Part shown: positions 51,491 through 63,150 of the stretch, piece after piece | Layout: every line of letters begins with the position of its first letter | Numbering within the stretch: the stretch's first letter is position 1 | Assembly: GCA_035084275.1 (NCBI GenBank) | Contig: CM068751.1 | Coordinates: forward strand, 7,254,001-7,318,000 | Source: Hydrolagus colliei | Taxonomy: Eukaryota | DNA: 64,000 nucleotides | Direction: 5' to 3' | Program-made: the position numbers and the translations under genes | Notes under the pieces: model-generated | Seen by the model: the letters and a program-made list of their open reading frames with translations, nothing else | Database searches by the model: none | What the model was told of the DNA's origin: nothing

Positions 51491-52662
51491 TATTTAAAGC
51501 TGCTGAAAAATCATTTTCTCATGTGTGGATAAATGAAATGATGAAGAGGATGGATTTCTCTACAAATACATAATCACGACAAATCTCAGTAAATTCTGAT
51601 GTCTCAAAGACACGACAAGGCTCTATATCAATGCAAGGATTATTCTTAACATATTAATCAGAAGTGATTATTTTGCAAAAGCAAATGGAATACTGCTAAT
51701 CAATCTTTTAAGATCAAGTTGGGCAGAAATATTGCAGAAGAAACTAGAAAAGTGCTGTTCTTAATTTTTCTACAGATATTGAGTCAAGACTTTAGACAAA
51801 TCCCGGATGAACTCAAATGCAGCTCAGGAACATAGAACACATGTAGAGGTCAACATCTACAGGGCAATTGGCTCAAATTGGATGGAGCCCCAAATCCTTA
51901 AGGAAATGAACAAGGAAATAGGTGAGATGGGCTGATGTTTTAAGAAGCCATGTAAATATAGCTGTTGCACGTAAGATTTGGCGTGTGGTTCTTGTAAATG
52001 ATATTCCAAAAACTGGGGGAAATGTAACTCGAGGAATTATGCCCCAATTTATCTCAAGCTGTCTGTGGGGTTTCATTCATGTTTACTTAAAGAACATTGA
52101 GAGCAAAGGCAAAGTCCGCATGGTTTTAGAAACAAAACACCTTGAAAATCTCATTGTAACTCTAGGTGTGATTAAACTATTGGTTTATCAGATAGAGGTC
52201 CTGTAACCCACAGCATTGTTTGATTTCTCAGAAGCATCTTAGAAGCTTCACATTTGGGACCATCAAAGAATATTTTTAAAAATGTGATTGCTTGACACAA
52301 AATTCGCTTGAAAAATAGAAAACAGAGGGGGGTAATAAATCGACAAATGAGATTATTTGTCAGTCAGGAGTCTAGCATCAGCCACTGGGGAACTGTGATC
52401 CACCGTGTACCGTGATTTTCTTCAGAAAAATGTAGCTAACATATGTAATTGAAAATGTTGGAGCAGGCATTTGAGTTTTACAATGTGCTGCTTGGCTATT
52501 TCTGCTAAACCCCCCAACGGGTCTGAGGATTTCAGGCAGGATTCCACTGAAGTATGTGAGCAGGAATGATGCTTATTCACGAGGTACTATTTAGACCTGT
52601 GTCCACTTTATTAAGATGGTTTTTCTGTCTGGTTTATAGACTTATTTTTATTCAATGTTTAT

Positions 52663-52700
52663 GGCGGGGTGGGGGGGGGCAGGCGGGGGGGGGGGGGGGG
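52663..52700 (+). repeat. Poly-G tract (G-quadruplex-capable)
   Basis: ggcggggtgggggggggcaggc followed by G16. Confidence 0.9.
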
Positions 52701-52792
52701 AGTGATTTAAAGCGCAGTGCAACATCACTCCTGAAATAAGGAATGGAATGAGTTTTGTTACTGCAATTTTTACCCTACTATTGTTTAATATG

Positions 52793-53064
52793 AATAATAA
52801 TGATAATAATCCTTGCATTTGATATTAGTGCTTTTCACGTCTTCTAGACATCTCAAAGCGCTTCACGGAAGATGCTGTAACATGAATTGACTGTATACTT
52901 GTGGGTGAAATGCGGCAGTCAATTGCCCACAGCAGTGTCCCACAAACAGTCGTTGATTGAAATGACCAATTTTTTTTTTTTTTTTTTTTTTAGGAATTAT
53001 TATTAGGCGTGTGGAGTAAAGAAACTTGCCCAAGGTTTTGCCCTGATCTGCCTGGATTCGAACA
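52793..53064 (-). mobile_element. tRNA-derived SINE, truncated in the head, with an expanded T22 linker
   Basis: Family tail and body. Ends just past the B box (ggattcgaaca on plus). T-run 52970-52991. Confidence 0.92.
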
Positions 53065-53202
53065 TGAAATACATTATTGGTCAACGGTTTATATTTAATT
53101 CAGGTATGCTGTCATTCCAGTGAAAAATTTGAAAAAAGGTTGATAGTTAGGTAGGATTATGCATTGCAAAGCTTTGTTTGTTTTAAGTGCAATTTATAGT
53201 AC

Positions 53203-53348
53203 AATAATAATCCTTGCATTTGATGTAGCATCTTATCACGTGTTCGAGACATCACAAAGCGCTTCAAAGAATACACTGTGAAGAGAATTGACTGTATATT
53301 TTGTGGACGAAACACAGGAGCCAAATGGCACAACATTGTCCCACAAAT
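53203..53348 (-). mobile_element. SINE 3' half
   Basis: aataataatccttgcatttgatgtagc...gaattgactgtatattttgtgg...tgtcccacaaa. Confidence 0.88.
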
Positions 53349-54689
53349 AATCTTTTATACATAAACAGTGTTTCATAAGACAATAAGAAATGCATTGCAG
53401 AAGACTGGATTATTGACTTTCAATAGCCGTATACCGGTGATTAAGAATTAAATGTTGCTCTTTACACCATGAGCAGTATAATAGAGGACATAACTATAAG
53501 GAGTAAAATTTGTGGTATTCATTAAAGTGTTCCTTAATTTATTAAACGCATAACTCTCCAGTTAAACAATCTTCTCAGAGTTTTAGCAAAACACTTTATG
53601 ACCTCAGTGGGTGTGAGTGATTTTATTTTTTAAGCTTCAGCCTCTAAATTGATCTCCAGCTTGTTTTTATTTGTTTAATGTACTGCTTTCCCGGAGTCAG
53701 TGTGCCAACATAATATTGTTTTCTCTGCACAGGAGAGCTGAAATCCACAATCTCCTAGGATCCGCCCACACCCCCACCAAAATAAAAAGGCCCATCATGA
53801 AGAAATATTGCAAATTATATTCTACATTGATTTCCACCTGCAATTGTATCTACTGATCCTTTGACAAATTCTTGTTTTTTTCTCCTCTGTGATGGAGGTA
53901 GAGCGATTTGGCCTTTGCCCCTGATGACAGCATTGCTCCCTTGCTCATTCAGCACTACAGGCTAAGGAGTTACTGTAAGAGAGAAGTGTTTATACATTGT
54001 TTTCCTGGAAGAGCTCCATTCAAAGAAGCCTCTAATGATAACTCTCTGAGGGACACTTTAAGAAATACTGCAGATTTCACCCCTATTCTGTAGTTACATA
54101 CTGCATCGTATTGATCATAAAGCAGTAATGATGAGCTCTAATTATATAGATTTATCTCATCCAACCAGGATAATGAGTGGCTTCAGCTTGATGGCGATCT
54201 TTGCAATGACTTCGACTCTCCTCCATTCTGCAGCATTCCCCACTTGTTTTTTTCCTGGTTTATGCATAAACTGATCCTGTTGAAATGCATCAAATGAGAT
54301 CAGAAGCAATCAATCGAGGGTGGGAGAAAGCACAGGAGGATATGACTGAATTCAAACACTCGTATTCAAAGGGTTTTAAGTGCTTAAAACAGGATGGATA
54401 ATTAGACAAGTGCTGTATGATTTGTGAATGTACGTGCCTCTGTCCTCAAACATTCCTAACATATGAAGAATATTAACGTTTCAGGAAACTAGATATCGCA
54501 GAATACAATCATGCCTCAGTAATGTCACCTTTACTGACCCAACATCCTTTACAAATCCAATTTGCGCAATTGTCTGTCTGTCTTCTGAAATGTTTTCCTG
54601 TATGTTCATGACTAGGAAAAACAGAATTTTAGTTTTGCATCCTGTACCATTCGAAAGATAATAGATATTTTAATAGGCTAGGGGAAACT

Positions 54690-55095
54690 TTTAATAACAG
54701 CTTGCGCTTGAATAGCATTTTCCATGTGGAATAATGCTTTAAGCACTTTAAAATGACGTAGTGGAAATCCCAGCAAGATGGAGTCTGTAGATGGGAGAGA
54801 GATGATCAAAAAGCTATTTTTAGAAGGACTTTTAAATCAGAGATGCACGATTCAAGGGCAGGACATAGAAGGTGAGATTTGAAATGGGGGCAAGAGTGTG
54901 GAGACATTTAAACATAAAAAAAAATCTTGAAATCCATGAAATAGAGACAATAAAGATGGAGGTAATTGATTCAAAGAGCCTATTGCGGGAGAAGATACAG
55001 ACTGCAGTTTTCCAGATTGTCTCAGACTTCTAGAAGGTACAGGACTACTAAAATAATGTTTTTGAGAAATCCAGTCTGGCAGTGATGAGTAATGC
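54690..55095 (-). mobile_element. Old, degenerate L2 LINE 3' remnant
   Basis: L2-type tail at 54690-54750. Plus-strand gagaaatccagtctggcagtgat reads ITARLDFS on minus (L2 SRLDYCN motif). Purine-rich plus strand. Confidence 0.5.
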
Positions 55096-55104
55096 TAATT
55101 TATT

Positions 55105-55302
55105 ATTTCCCAGCACACTGGGGAAAATTCCTTTCTCTCTTTATATAGTGCTGGGCAATTTTTACCTTCCACTTGAACAGGCAGATGGGATCTCAGTTTA
55201 ATGTCCCTCTTGAAGATGAGCAGCCCAGCACTGCACTGGAATCTCAGCCTAGACTATATCAGTTCAAAGTCCTGTTACCAACTGAGTGTTACTAACTGAG
55301 CC
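55105..55302 (-). mobile_element. DeuSINE core remnant
   Basis: ccacttgaacaggcagatgggatctcagtttaatgtc...cagcactgcactggaatctcagcctagactat is homologous to 19790-19950. Confidence 0.75.
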
Positions 55303-55860
55303 AGCCTAATGCATTAAAAGTCCAAAACACACACATCGTGCAAGACTGTAAATTCAATGGCAGACTAACTAGCCACCTTACTTGTTTACTCAAATAATTT
55401 AACAGCTACTCTGGCATTTTATTAGCCCAAATTCCCAGATGCTTAAAAATAATCATATCCAAAAATCTCCAGAACAGGCTGCGCCTAATAAAGTAAACGC
55501 AAGGAAATGTGCCTGAGGTTAATTATCAGCATATAGTAATAAATTGTTGGTAGTTTAAAGCTCTACCTCCTCACAGTGTTTCTGTTTGTCTATCAGTAGG
55601 AGGCAGTTGATTGTGATTGTGAACATATTGTATGTCATACATAGGTCAGGTTCACTTGCCACAACAGGACAGAAAGCTGCGTTTAGATGCTGTACCCATA
55701 CGATTGTGCGTCTGTCCACCGCACTAAACTCTCTTTACAGGGCTTTTGAAAGCAATACACTATTGAATTGTGAGTGTAGCATCTCACAGGCTACTTCCAA
55801 GAAGATAGAAATGAATGCCCATTGTGGCAAAGATATGAAGAAAGGTATGGGATACATCTA

Positions 55861-55996
55861 ACAAAAGGCAAAACACTGCAGATGCTGGAAATCTGAAATA
55901 AAAACAGAAATTGCTGGGAACACTCAACAGGTCAGGCAGCATCTATGAAGACAGGAAAGTAACTTAACATTTTAGGTCGATGACCTTTCGTCAGAA
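55861..55996 (-). mobile_element. Short Penelope-like (pLTR-derived) insertion with degenerate hammerhead motif and diverged ~22-bp TSD
   Basis: gcaaaacactgcagatgctggaaatctgaaataaaaacagaa...ggtcgatgacctttcgtcagaa. Flanks agaaaggtatgggatacatcta (55839-55860) and agaaatgtatggaatacattta (55993-56014), 19/22 identical. Confidence 0.8.
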
Positions 55997-58195
55997 ATGT
56001 ATGGAATACATTTATGTGGTTTTATGCTTAGCCATTTGGGGTACTTTTCCTGTGACTACCCCATCCGTCTTCACATCTACACTCTCAGTTCAAAAAAAAG
56101 TCATGTCTGAGGGTTTGTTTAATTGTCTTGCTCTGTTGCTTACTGGAGCTATCAAATTTATAAAACATAAATAAATGTTAAATACCCTTTTCCGTCAATA
56201 TTTCCCCGTGTGACAGTTCAAGGATAGCTGCTGTACGTGGAACTAAACACAGAATGTGTCACCAGCGCTGGCACTTAAGCGATAAGGTGTTAACATATAA
56301 ACAGCTTTTTCTTCCCATTACCAGCTGAGCTCAGGTAACTGGGTACCGAGCAGGGACATAGGAACTAGGAACATTGGTCCAAGGTTCTGTGCCATGATTT
56401 AATAGAATGGCAGAACATATATCGAAGGCCATTCAGCATTCAGGCGATGTCTGCCATGGTCTTACCATTCACTTTAATTCCTGAATTTTTACACAGAAAG
56501 TCAGTCACCCTGCAAGCATTTAAACAGCCCTGTGAAAATAATTACATTTTAGTGTTTTGGCTCTAGTCAGAGATGAAAGCTACTGCCACAGAAAACTACA
56601 TAGAACTGAAGCATCCTCTATGCTTAAATCATTTTCCCATCCATTAAAACATGTATATATTTTAATGTATCCTGTGTTTATGGTAGGATGAATATCCATC
56701 AATGGTTCAGTTAGGGAACATTACATTCTTAGAGTGCTTTGCTTTGCAACGATGTATAATTATGTATACTCGTGTTCAAATCATGAGCATTTTAAGGATA
56801 GTACAAAAATCTGTTCCAGTGGTGATACCCAGCACGCTATAAGTAGGGGGTTTAGCCCTGAAGGGTACTTCGTAAACTATTTTTGGAATGGAAGCTTATA
56901 TAAAATCTAAACATGATACATTTTATAAAATTATATATGTTTTTTACTATATTAGGCAACTCGTGTTTTGTGTAATTATAGTACAAAAAATCTAAACTAA
57001 CACTCCCAGCATCAATTTGGTGCAGAAAGGAAATAGAACAAATGGTCACTATTTAATTTACAGAGCAACATGCAGGATATTATTATTTGTATTCATTAAT
57101 TTAAAACTCTCCGCTCCAATTCTGGCTTGTTAGAAGATGATGGGCCCAAGGTTGTAATCCCTCTGAGCACAGGAAATGGAGTCTCACAAAGATTATATGT
57201 GTGCGATAAAATTGTCTCAATGTCACATCTGAATTTTAGATCTTGTAAACAATCTAAATATATCTTCCAAACTTCCAGTACAATTCTATCATTAGAAACC
57301 AATAGGATTTGTAATTGTTTCATCTTTTTCACATATTTCACTCTGGCCATCAGTGTTCAATCTGTCAGCCACAATGCTTCTGTCTGCTGTAATTCTCAAT
57401 TCAGAATCACTTTGCCTTTCTGCCTCTCTCCGTGCTTTTGGAAATCTGCTTTTTATAAACATAACAAAGCCAGAGAATGTTTCCACAGTCATTTATTAAA
57501 CAGACCATTTGCTGAGTGTTGACTAGTTTAATCTCCTAGCCTCTTCCTCAATGCTAGCTCTCTTCTCTTCCCATTACTTTCAGTTTAACCAAAATATTAG
57601 TTTGGTCAGCCAGGTGCTTGACACATGTGAACACCCATCAATGTGTTTAAAGGTATCGAAACCAGACTGAGGGTCTACGTAAAAATGTGATGATTTACTG
57701 TATTATCAGTGTTGAAAACAGTACATGATAGCAGACCCTCAAAGGCATTCCGCCCATTGGTGCTTTGCCCTGCATTTGTTCAATTGGCTATCCTAACTCA
57801 ATACCCACCAGAATCATACTGATTGATTAAGATGTATTAGATTCATTTGCCTTTTTCTTGTCTCGGATGTGCATTTGGAAGTGGATGGTTTTACAACAAT
57901 GTCAGACAGAGAAAGGGTAAAAACACTAATCCTTGTATCTTTAGGGAAAATAACACAACTTGCACTGATGTGGGCATTATGTGTAATTAAAAAATCCTAT
58001 AAGAAGTAATTGTGTCTGTTTGGCAATGACGCACATTTGAAGGCAAAAATAATTGGTGGATTGGCTTATCGGTTATTAATTTTAATTGGTTTCAAATTAT
58101 TATTCGCCGGGCTTTTCAATTTTCTCCAAATTGAAAATAAATAGCTGTGGTTAAATATTTTTTATCTTTACACTTTTGTCCTATCAATTTGAACT

Positions 58196-58466
58196 ACAAA
58201 CTGTCTCCCTATCAGCCCACCCATCTCCTCCATTCAGCAGACTCAAGCCTGCTCTGCGTCCACCCCTTAACCGCCCAACCATTGGCGGCTGGGCTTTCAG
58301 CCTCTCTGCTCCCACACTGTGGAACTCCATCCCACAGCCCTCTGCCTCACTTCCTCCCTTTCCTCCTTCAAGGCCGGTCTCAAGACCTTCCTCTTCGACT
58401 GTGCCTTCGGCTGCCCCACTAACTCTTCCCCCTCTCCCACTCTCCTTCCCCTTCCCCCTACCCTGA
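58196..58466 (+). mobile_element. L2 LINE 3' ORF2 fragment (subfamily A-like)
   Basis: PLNRPTIGGWAFSLSAPTLWNSIPQ and, frameshifted, FKAGLKTFLFD. Homologous to 58950-59220. Confidence 0.9.
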
Positions 58467-58571
58467 ACAAGTTGTAAGGTCTCCACAGATGTCAATTGCT
58501 GTGAGCTGCCTCTAATATCACTTCCTGCATGTAGTGCATATGCACAGGGTGCAGGATCTACGTTGATCGTG

Positions 58572-59466
58572 ATAATAATAATAATCCTTGCATTTGATAG
58601 AGCACTTTTCACATCTTCTAGACGTCTCAAAGTGCTTCACAGAATGTACTGTAAAGTGAATTGACTGTATATTTGTGGGCAAAACGCAGCAGCCGATTGC
58701 GCACAGCAGTGTCCTACAGTGTCCTACGGAAATTCTCTTCTAGTCGGCCTCCCCAGTTCCTCCATTCATAGGCTGCAGGCCATCCCAAACTCTGCAGCCA
58801 GTGTACTATTCCGCACCCGCCTCCACGACCACATAACCCCCACCCTCGCCCGTCTCCACTGGCTCCCCATCCTCCAGAGGATCGAATTTAAGATCCTCGT
58901 CCTCACCTACAAGGCCGTACACGGCCTTGCCCCATCCTACTTAACCGATCTACTCTCCCCCTACACGCCCACCCAGACCCTCCGTTCAACAGGACTTGGC
59001 CTGCTCCAAGCCCCCCACCCGAACCGCCCCACCATCGGAGGCCGGGCCTTCAGTTTCTCCGCTCCCACCTTATGGAATGCCATCCCTCAATCCCTCTGTT
59101 TCGTCTCTTCCCTTTCCTCTTTCAAGGCCGGTTTGAAGACTTTCCTCTTCGATCGTGCCTTTTGTTCCACCCCGAACTCTTTAACCTCCCCTTCGTGTTT
59201 CACCCCTTCCCAAACACTCCCCTCCCAGCTCGGGTCACACGCATCATGTGCAGCGCCTTGGGACGTCCTCCCGACGTGAAAGGCGCTCTATAAATGTAAA
59301 TTGTTGTTGTTGTTGTTGTCCTACAAACAGTCGTGGATTGAAATGACTAAATTTTATTATTGTGGTTTTTAATGGATAGTATTAGGCGTGTGGAGTAAGG
59401 AAAACTTACCCAAGGTTTCGCTCTGACCTACCTGGATTCAAACACAGGTCTCACGCTTGTAATGCA
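58572..59466 (-). mobile_element. tRNA-derived SINE split into 58572-58718 and 59317-59466 by an L2 insertion
   Basis: The halves rejoin as gcacagcagtgtcctacaaacagtcgtggattgaaatgac, the family sequence. Confidence 0.93.
58724..59318 (+). mobile_element. Young 5'-truncated L2 LINE (subfamily A): uninterrupted ORF2 C-terminus plus (TTG)n tail
   Basis: YGNSLLVGLP...HDHITPTLARLHWLPILQRIEFKILVLTYKAVHGLAPSYL...GGRAFSFSAPTLWN...FKAGLKTFLF without stops. CpG-rich. TSD tgtcctaca at 58710-58718 and 59317-59325. Confidence 0.95.
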
Positions 59467-60848
59467 GGAATGAGGTAGCACTGACCGGTTATCTCACCCG
59501 TTTATAATGGGTCGGGACTGTATGGCCACCAACTAAAGCGTTAATATTGGGCATCTACTGTCCATCTGTACATAGATTCCTAAACTTATAGCCTTCCAAT
59601 CTGCCTCTGAAATGAGCTCACGTTTTGGTGCAGTCTGGAATGCTCGGATGCCAAACCCAGATATTGTTGCCAACATCCATTGTGCACTTGGACGTGGCAC
59701 TGTACAGAGGTCAGCTGTTTCCGCACAGAAAGATAGCAAAAAATCAATGTGAGCCTCTGCATACCGATGTTATGTACACTGTACTTCCTGGCTTCAATTG
59801 CAGAACAGGATAAGCATTAGCCTGGGAGAATGTCGCCTCTCACTTGACCAGACAGTTGTCTGAAAGAGATGGGGGTTGAGGAAGATCTGTGTTTTCCTCC
59901 TGTCGTAAATTTGACGTATTGTTGTTATGAATTCTTTATTGTGAATTGCAAAATATATTTTACTTCAACTGTTTTGGGGGAAAAAATTAAAAAATCATGC
60001 AGTGAATCTAAATGAAGAATAGTTTGTGACCATCAACAAGAATTAAATAAGAAAGCTTTTGAATTCTGACCGACGTTCACCGTTTGGGGGACAACGTGAC
60101 AGAAGTTCTCTCGAACAATTCGGTGAATGAGTTCAGCTCTGAAAGGGAAGTGGTGAAGCAAGCTCACTGCCCCCACCTCTGCCTTTTGAAATGTATGTTG
60201 ATTCATGGCACTGATTGTCAATACACTGCGGTATTTTGCAGCAGAGTTTTATTGTGACAACTACTTTTACTCCCTGTTCTGAATTTCCATTTGCCACAGG
60301 ATTTTCGTGAAGTCTTGAGTCGCCAATTCATGCACTTTTTCAGCACTCAGCGTCAATAACCTATTGGATTGGCCGTTGTGCATGTTTGTGGTGATGGATG
60401 AGAAAGCTTGATTGGTTTCTCCAAATAGCTAGGGTGACAAATAGCTCCATTTGATTGGCTTTCTCTGATATATAGAGTTGACTCCTGAGCAGGGGATGAA
60501 TTTTTTAAGTGTCTGTTCTGTTCAGTGGCTTTTGTTACTTTATTTACTTTCTATAAACCCCTAATTAATTGTTCTGCAATCAATAGGCAATAATTCATTT
60601 GTGCTCCTCTGGCTTTGAGGCACTGCTATTACTTCTAAACTGGTTAATGGCCCAACAGATGTCTCTGCAAGAAGTACACTGAGGGCCAGAACAGATAGAA
60701 CTGTTGACTTAAAAACATGTGGAAGTAAATATTATATACCAAGTATGAGTGTGATAATACCCTATTATCGTCGTGATCAGGCTAACTCAAATACTGAGAG
60801 CTTCGTGGTAAAATTACAAACTTATTTATGATAACAATAATATAAATG

Positions 60849-61141
60849 ATAATAATCCTTGCATTTGATGTAGCACTTTTCACATCTTCTAGATGTCTCA
60901 AAGCACTTCACAGAATATACTGTAAAGTGAATTGACTGTATATTTGTGAGCGAAATGCTGTAGCCAATTGCGCACAGCAGTGGTTTGAAATATCCAATTT
61001 TATTATAGTGTTTTTTTTGGATGGATTATTAATAGGCCTGTGGAGTACGAAAACTTGCCCAAGGTTTCACCCTGACCTTGCTGGATTCGAACACAGGTCT
61101 CACGCTTGTAATGCGAGTGCTCTAACCACTGAACTATCGGA
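60849..61141 (-). mobile_element. Near full-length tRNA-derived SINE
   Basis: Minus A box tagttcagtggttagagc, B box gttcgaatcc, family body (small internal deletion near 60982) and tail. Confidence 0.93.
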
Positions 61142-62052
61142 ATAAGTCTGATGAGTTGCAGTATCCAGTTGTGTTCACCACCCCAAAAGTGTGTTAAAAG
61201 CTATAGAACACAAGAAACACTTTTGGTGAGCCTTATAGTTTCCGTGGGCGACACTCTCACAGTAATTTAGAATTTTATTTAAATTAACTAACCTCGAGAA
61301 AACCACTAAGTCCATGGTATAGAATGCTACCAAGGTTGAAAAGAGTAGTTGAGAAACAACACAAAGTGAGAAGAATTGGATTTGCGTCAAGCTTGCATTT
61401 TAAAAGCCTACATGTTGTATGAGGAAGGGAAAATCATGAAGGAGGCTGGCAATTCCACTGTCATCAAGTCCTGGGAAGGACTGAATGAGAGCAGGAATGA
61501 TATGGGGATGATGAGTGCTGATTTCAACACAGTGAGGAAGCAGGAAGCGTGTGTGGGAGTGCCATCCAGTCTAATTTTATCAGGTAATGTATCTTTGCCA
61601 GTCCTGCAATTTCAAATTTGCTAGTCAGGTCAATTAGTCAAGAGCACAGACCAATATATCTCTTTCCGTCCGACTACTCACTGGGAACAATAAGTCAAAC
61701 AGCAACTTGATGGGATTGTAAGGTTTACTAATGACTTAGAAGCAATCAACCGCATAGCCATAGCGTTCCATATGTACACCTTCAGAAAGTGAAAAAATTT
61801 ATTGGAACTGCAAATGGAGGCTTCGAGTGATTCTGTAATTAGACTGGAATGTAAAGTGCAAAATTACCAGACTGGTTGCCAAGCTTGCAGAATCATCCAC
61901 TATGAATCACACGTTGTTACCACTTAGTGTTACCTGACAAGTATGAGCAAATTTGACTGCGCCTAACTTGCAGATAACAACTAATTCTTTGGGTAACACT
62001 AAATGAACGTCAACTTAGTAGTGTTATTCACAGAAATCCTACAAAGCAGAAT

Positions 62053-62300
62053 TAATAATAATAATAATCATCCTTGCATTTGATATAGCGAACTGTAAGG
62101 AAATGCCTTGTATTATTTGATGTTTGGACAAGAGAGCTTTGGGGATTGTGAAACTGCATTTCAGATGCCTTGGTAATTATAATAATAATAATAATCCTTG
62201 CATTTGATATATCGCCTATCGCATTGTTGAGAAGCGCCTCATAGTGCTTCACAGAATCTTCTGTAAAATGAATTGTCTGTATAATTTTGTGGGTGAAGCC
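62053..62300 (-). mobile_element. Two SINE tail fragments (62053-62090 and 62178-62300)
   Basis: Both start (AAT)n-ccttgcatttgatata. Confidence 0.85.
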
Positions 62301-62859
62301 AATGTACTTTTGAAGAAAGCTACTTCCTCATGTTTGCATGCTCTATACAAGTATTCTGCATCAAGTGAAACAGAGCGGTGAAAAATGCAACACCTCGTAA
62401 TATCTGATGCAACATTTGTTTACGCAAGATGGCACAACAGTAGTCTGTGGGACTCAGAAATGGTTTGAGAGAGTCAAATCACCATTTCTGGTTCCATTTT
62501 GTTTTGATCACAGCTATTTCCTTAGGAACAGTGGCAGAACATTTGGCGTATTTTAATGTTTATTTGAAATATGCTTTCGGGTTCTGGAACCTCCCTAACG
62601 ATTTTTTTTAACAAGGTTCTTTTGTAGCACTTACAAAGCAATGTAGAAAAAGTGAGCAATGGAAGTTAGCTTGCGCTCTTCATTAGGGGTTATACTGATT
62701 GTTGCATTGCTGGAATATAATGAAAGTTACAAAATGGTCCGTGATCATCTTTTAATTTTAATAAATAGTTACATCATTCACTCAATAATGTGAAATGCTG
62801 CACAATTATAGGCGAAACATGACAATAGTTGGAAAAAATTGCAAGCCCAATTTCTTTTT

Positions 62860-63150
62860 CCTTTGGCAGAAGAATAAGTACCAGCTGAGAAAAGATTACA
62901 GTAATTAAATGAAGAGAGCAGTGAGTAATGCAATGAATGGAATGACCTCACTACTGGGGGGTTCGGATGCCTATTAAAGATGCGGTACGCCTCTTCCAAG
63001 ATGGATCATTCTGGAACTACAGTATCAACCATCTGAGATCCCTGTACACTCGGATTGATATCAAAGGAAAGTCACTCAACACCTTAAAAATCATATGCTT
63101 TTGATAACTTCCTTAAGTGGACCTTCCAGAATTCAGTTGCATGCATTAAT
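62860..63150 (+). mobile_element. Possible degenerate Rex1/Babar LINE ORF remnant
   Basis: Frameshifted pieces YQLRK, KDAVRL, II-GTTVSTI*D-LYTR and LP occur in the order of Rex1 C-terminal motifs (LYFLRKL, DRKRLQ, KIIG.LP.I.DLY, LPSG). By-eye only. Confidence 0.25.

Noticed and set aside
58719-59279. 186-aa ORF as a host gene
   Set aside because: It is the C-terminus of L2 ORF2 in a 5'-truncated copy with no ATG or promoter.
59471-59496. tgaggtag let-7-like seed in a small hairpin
   Set aside because: Only 8 nt match let-7, and the stem is 9 bp with an 8-nt loop, far too short for a pre-miRNA.
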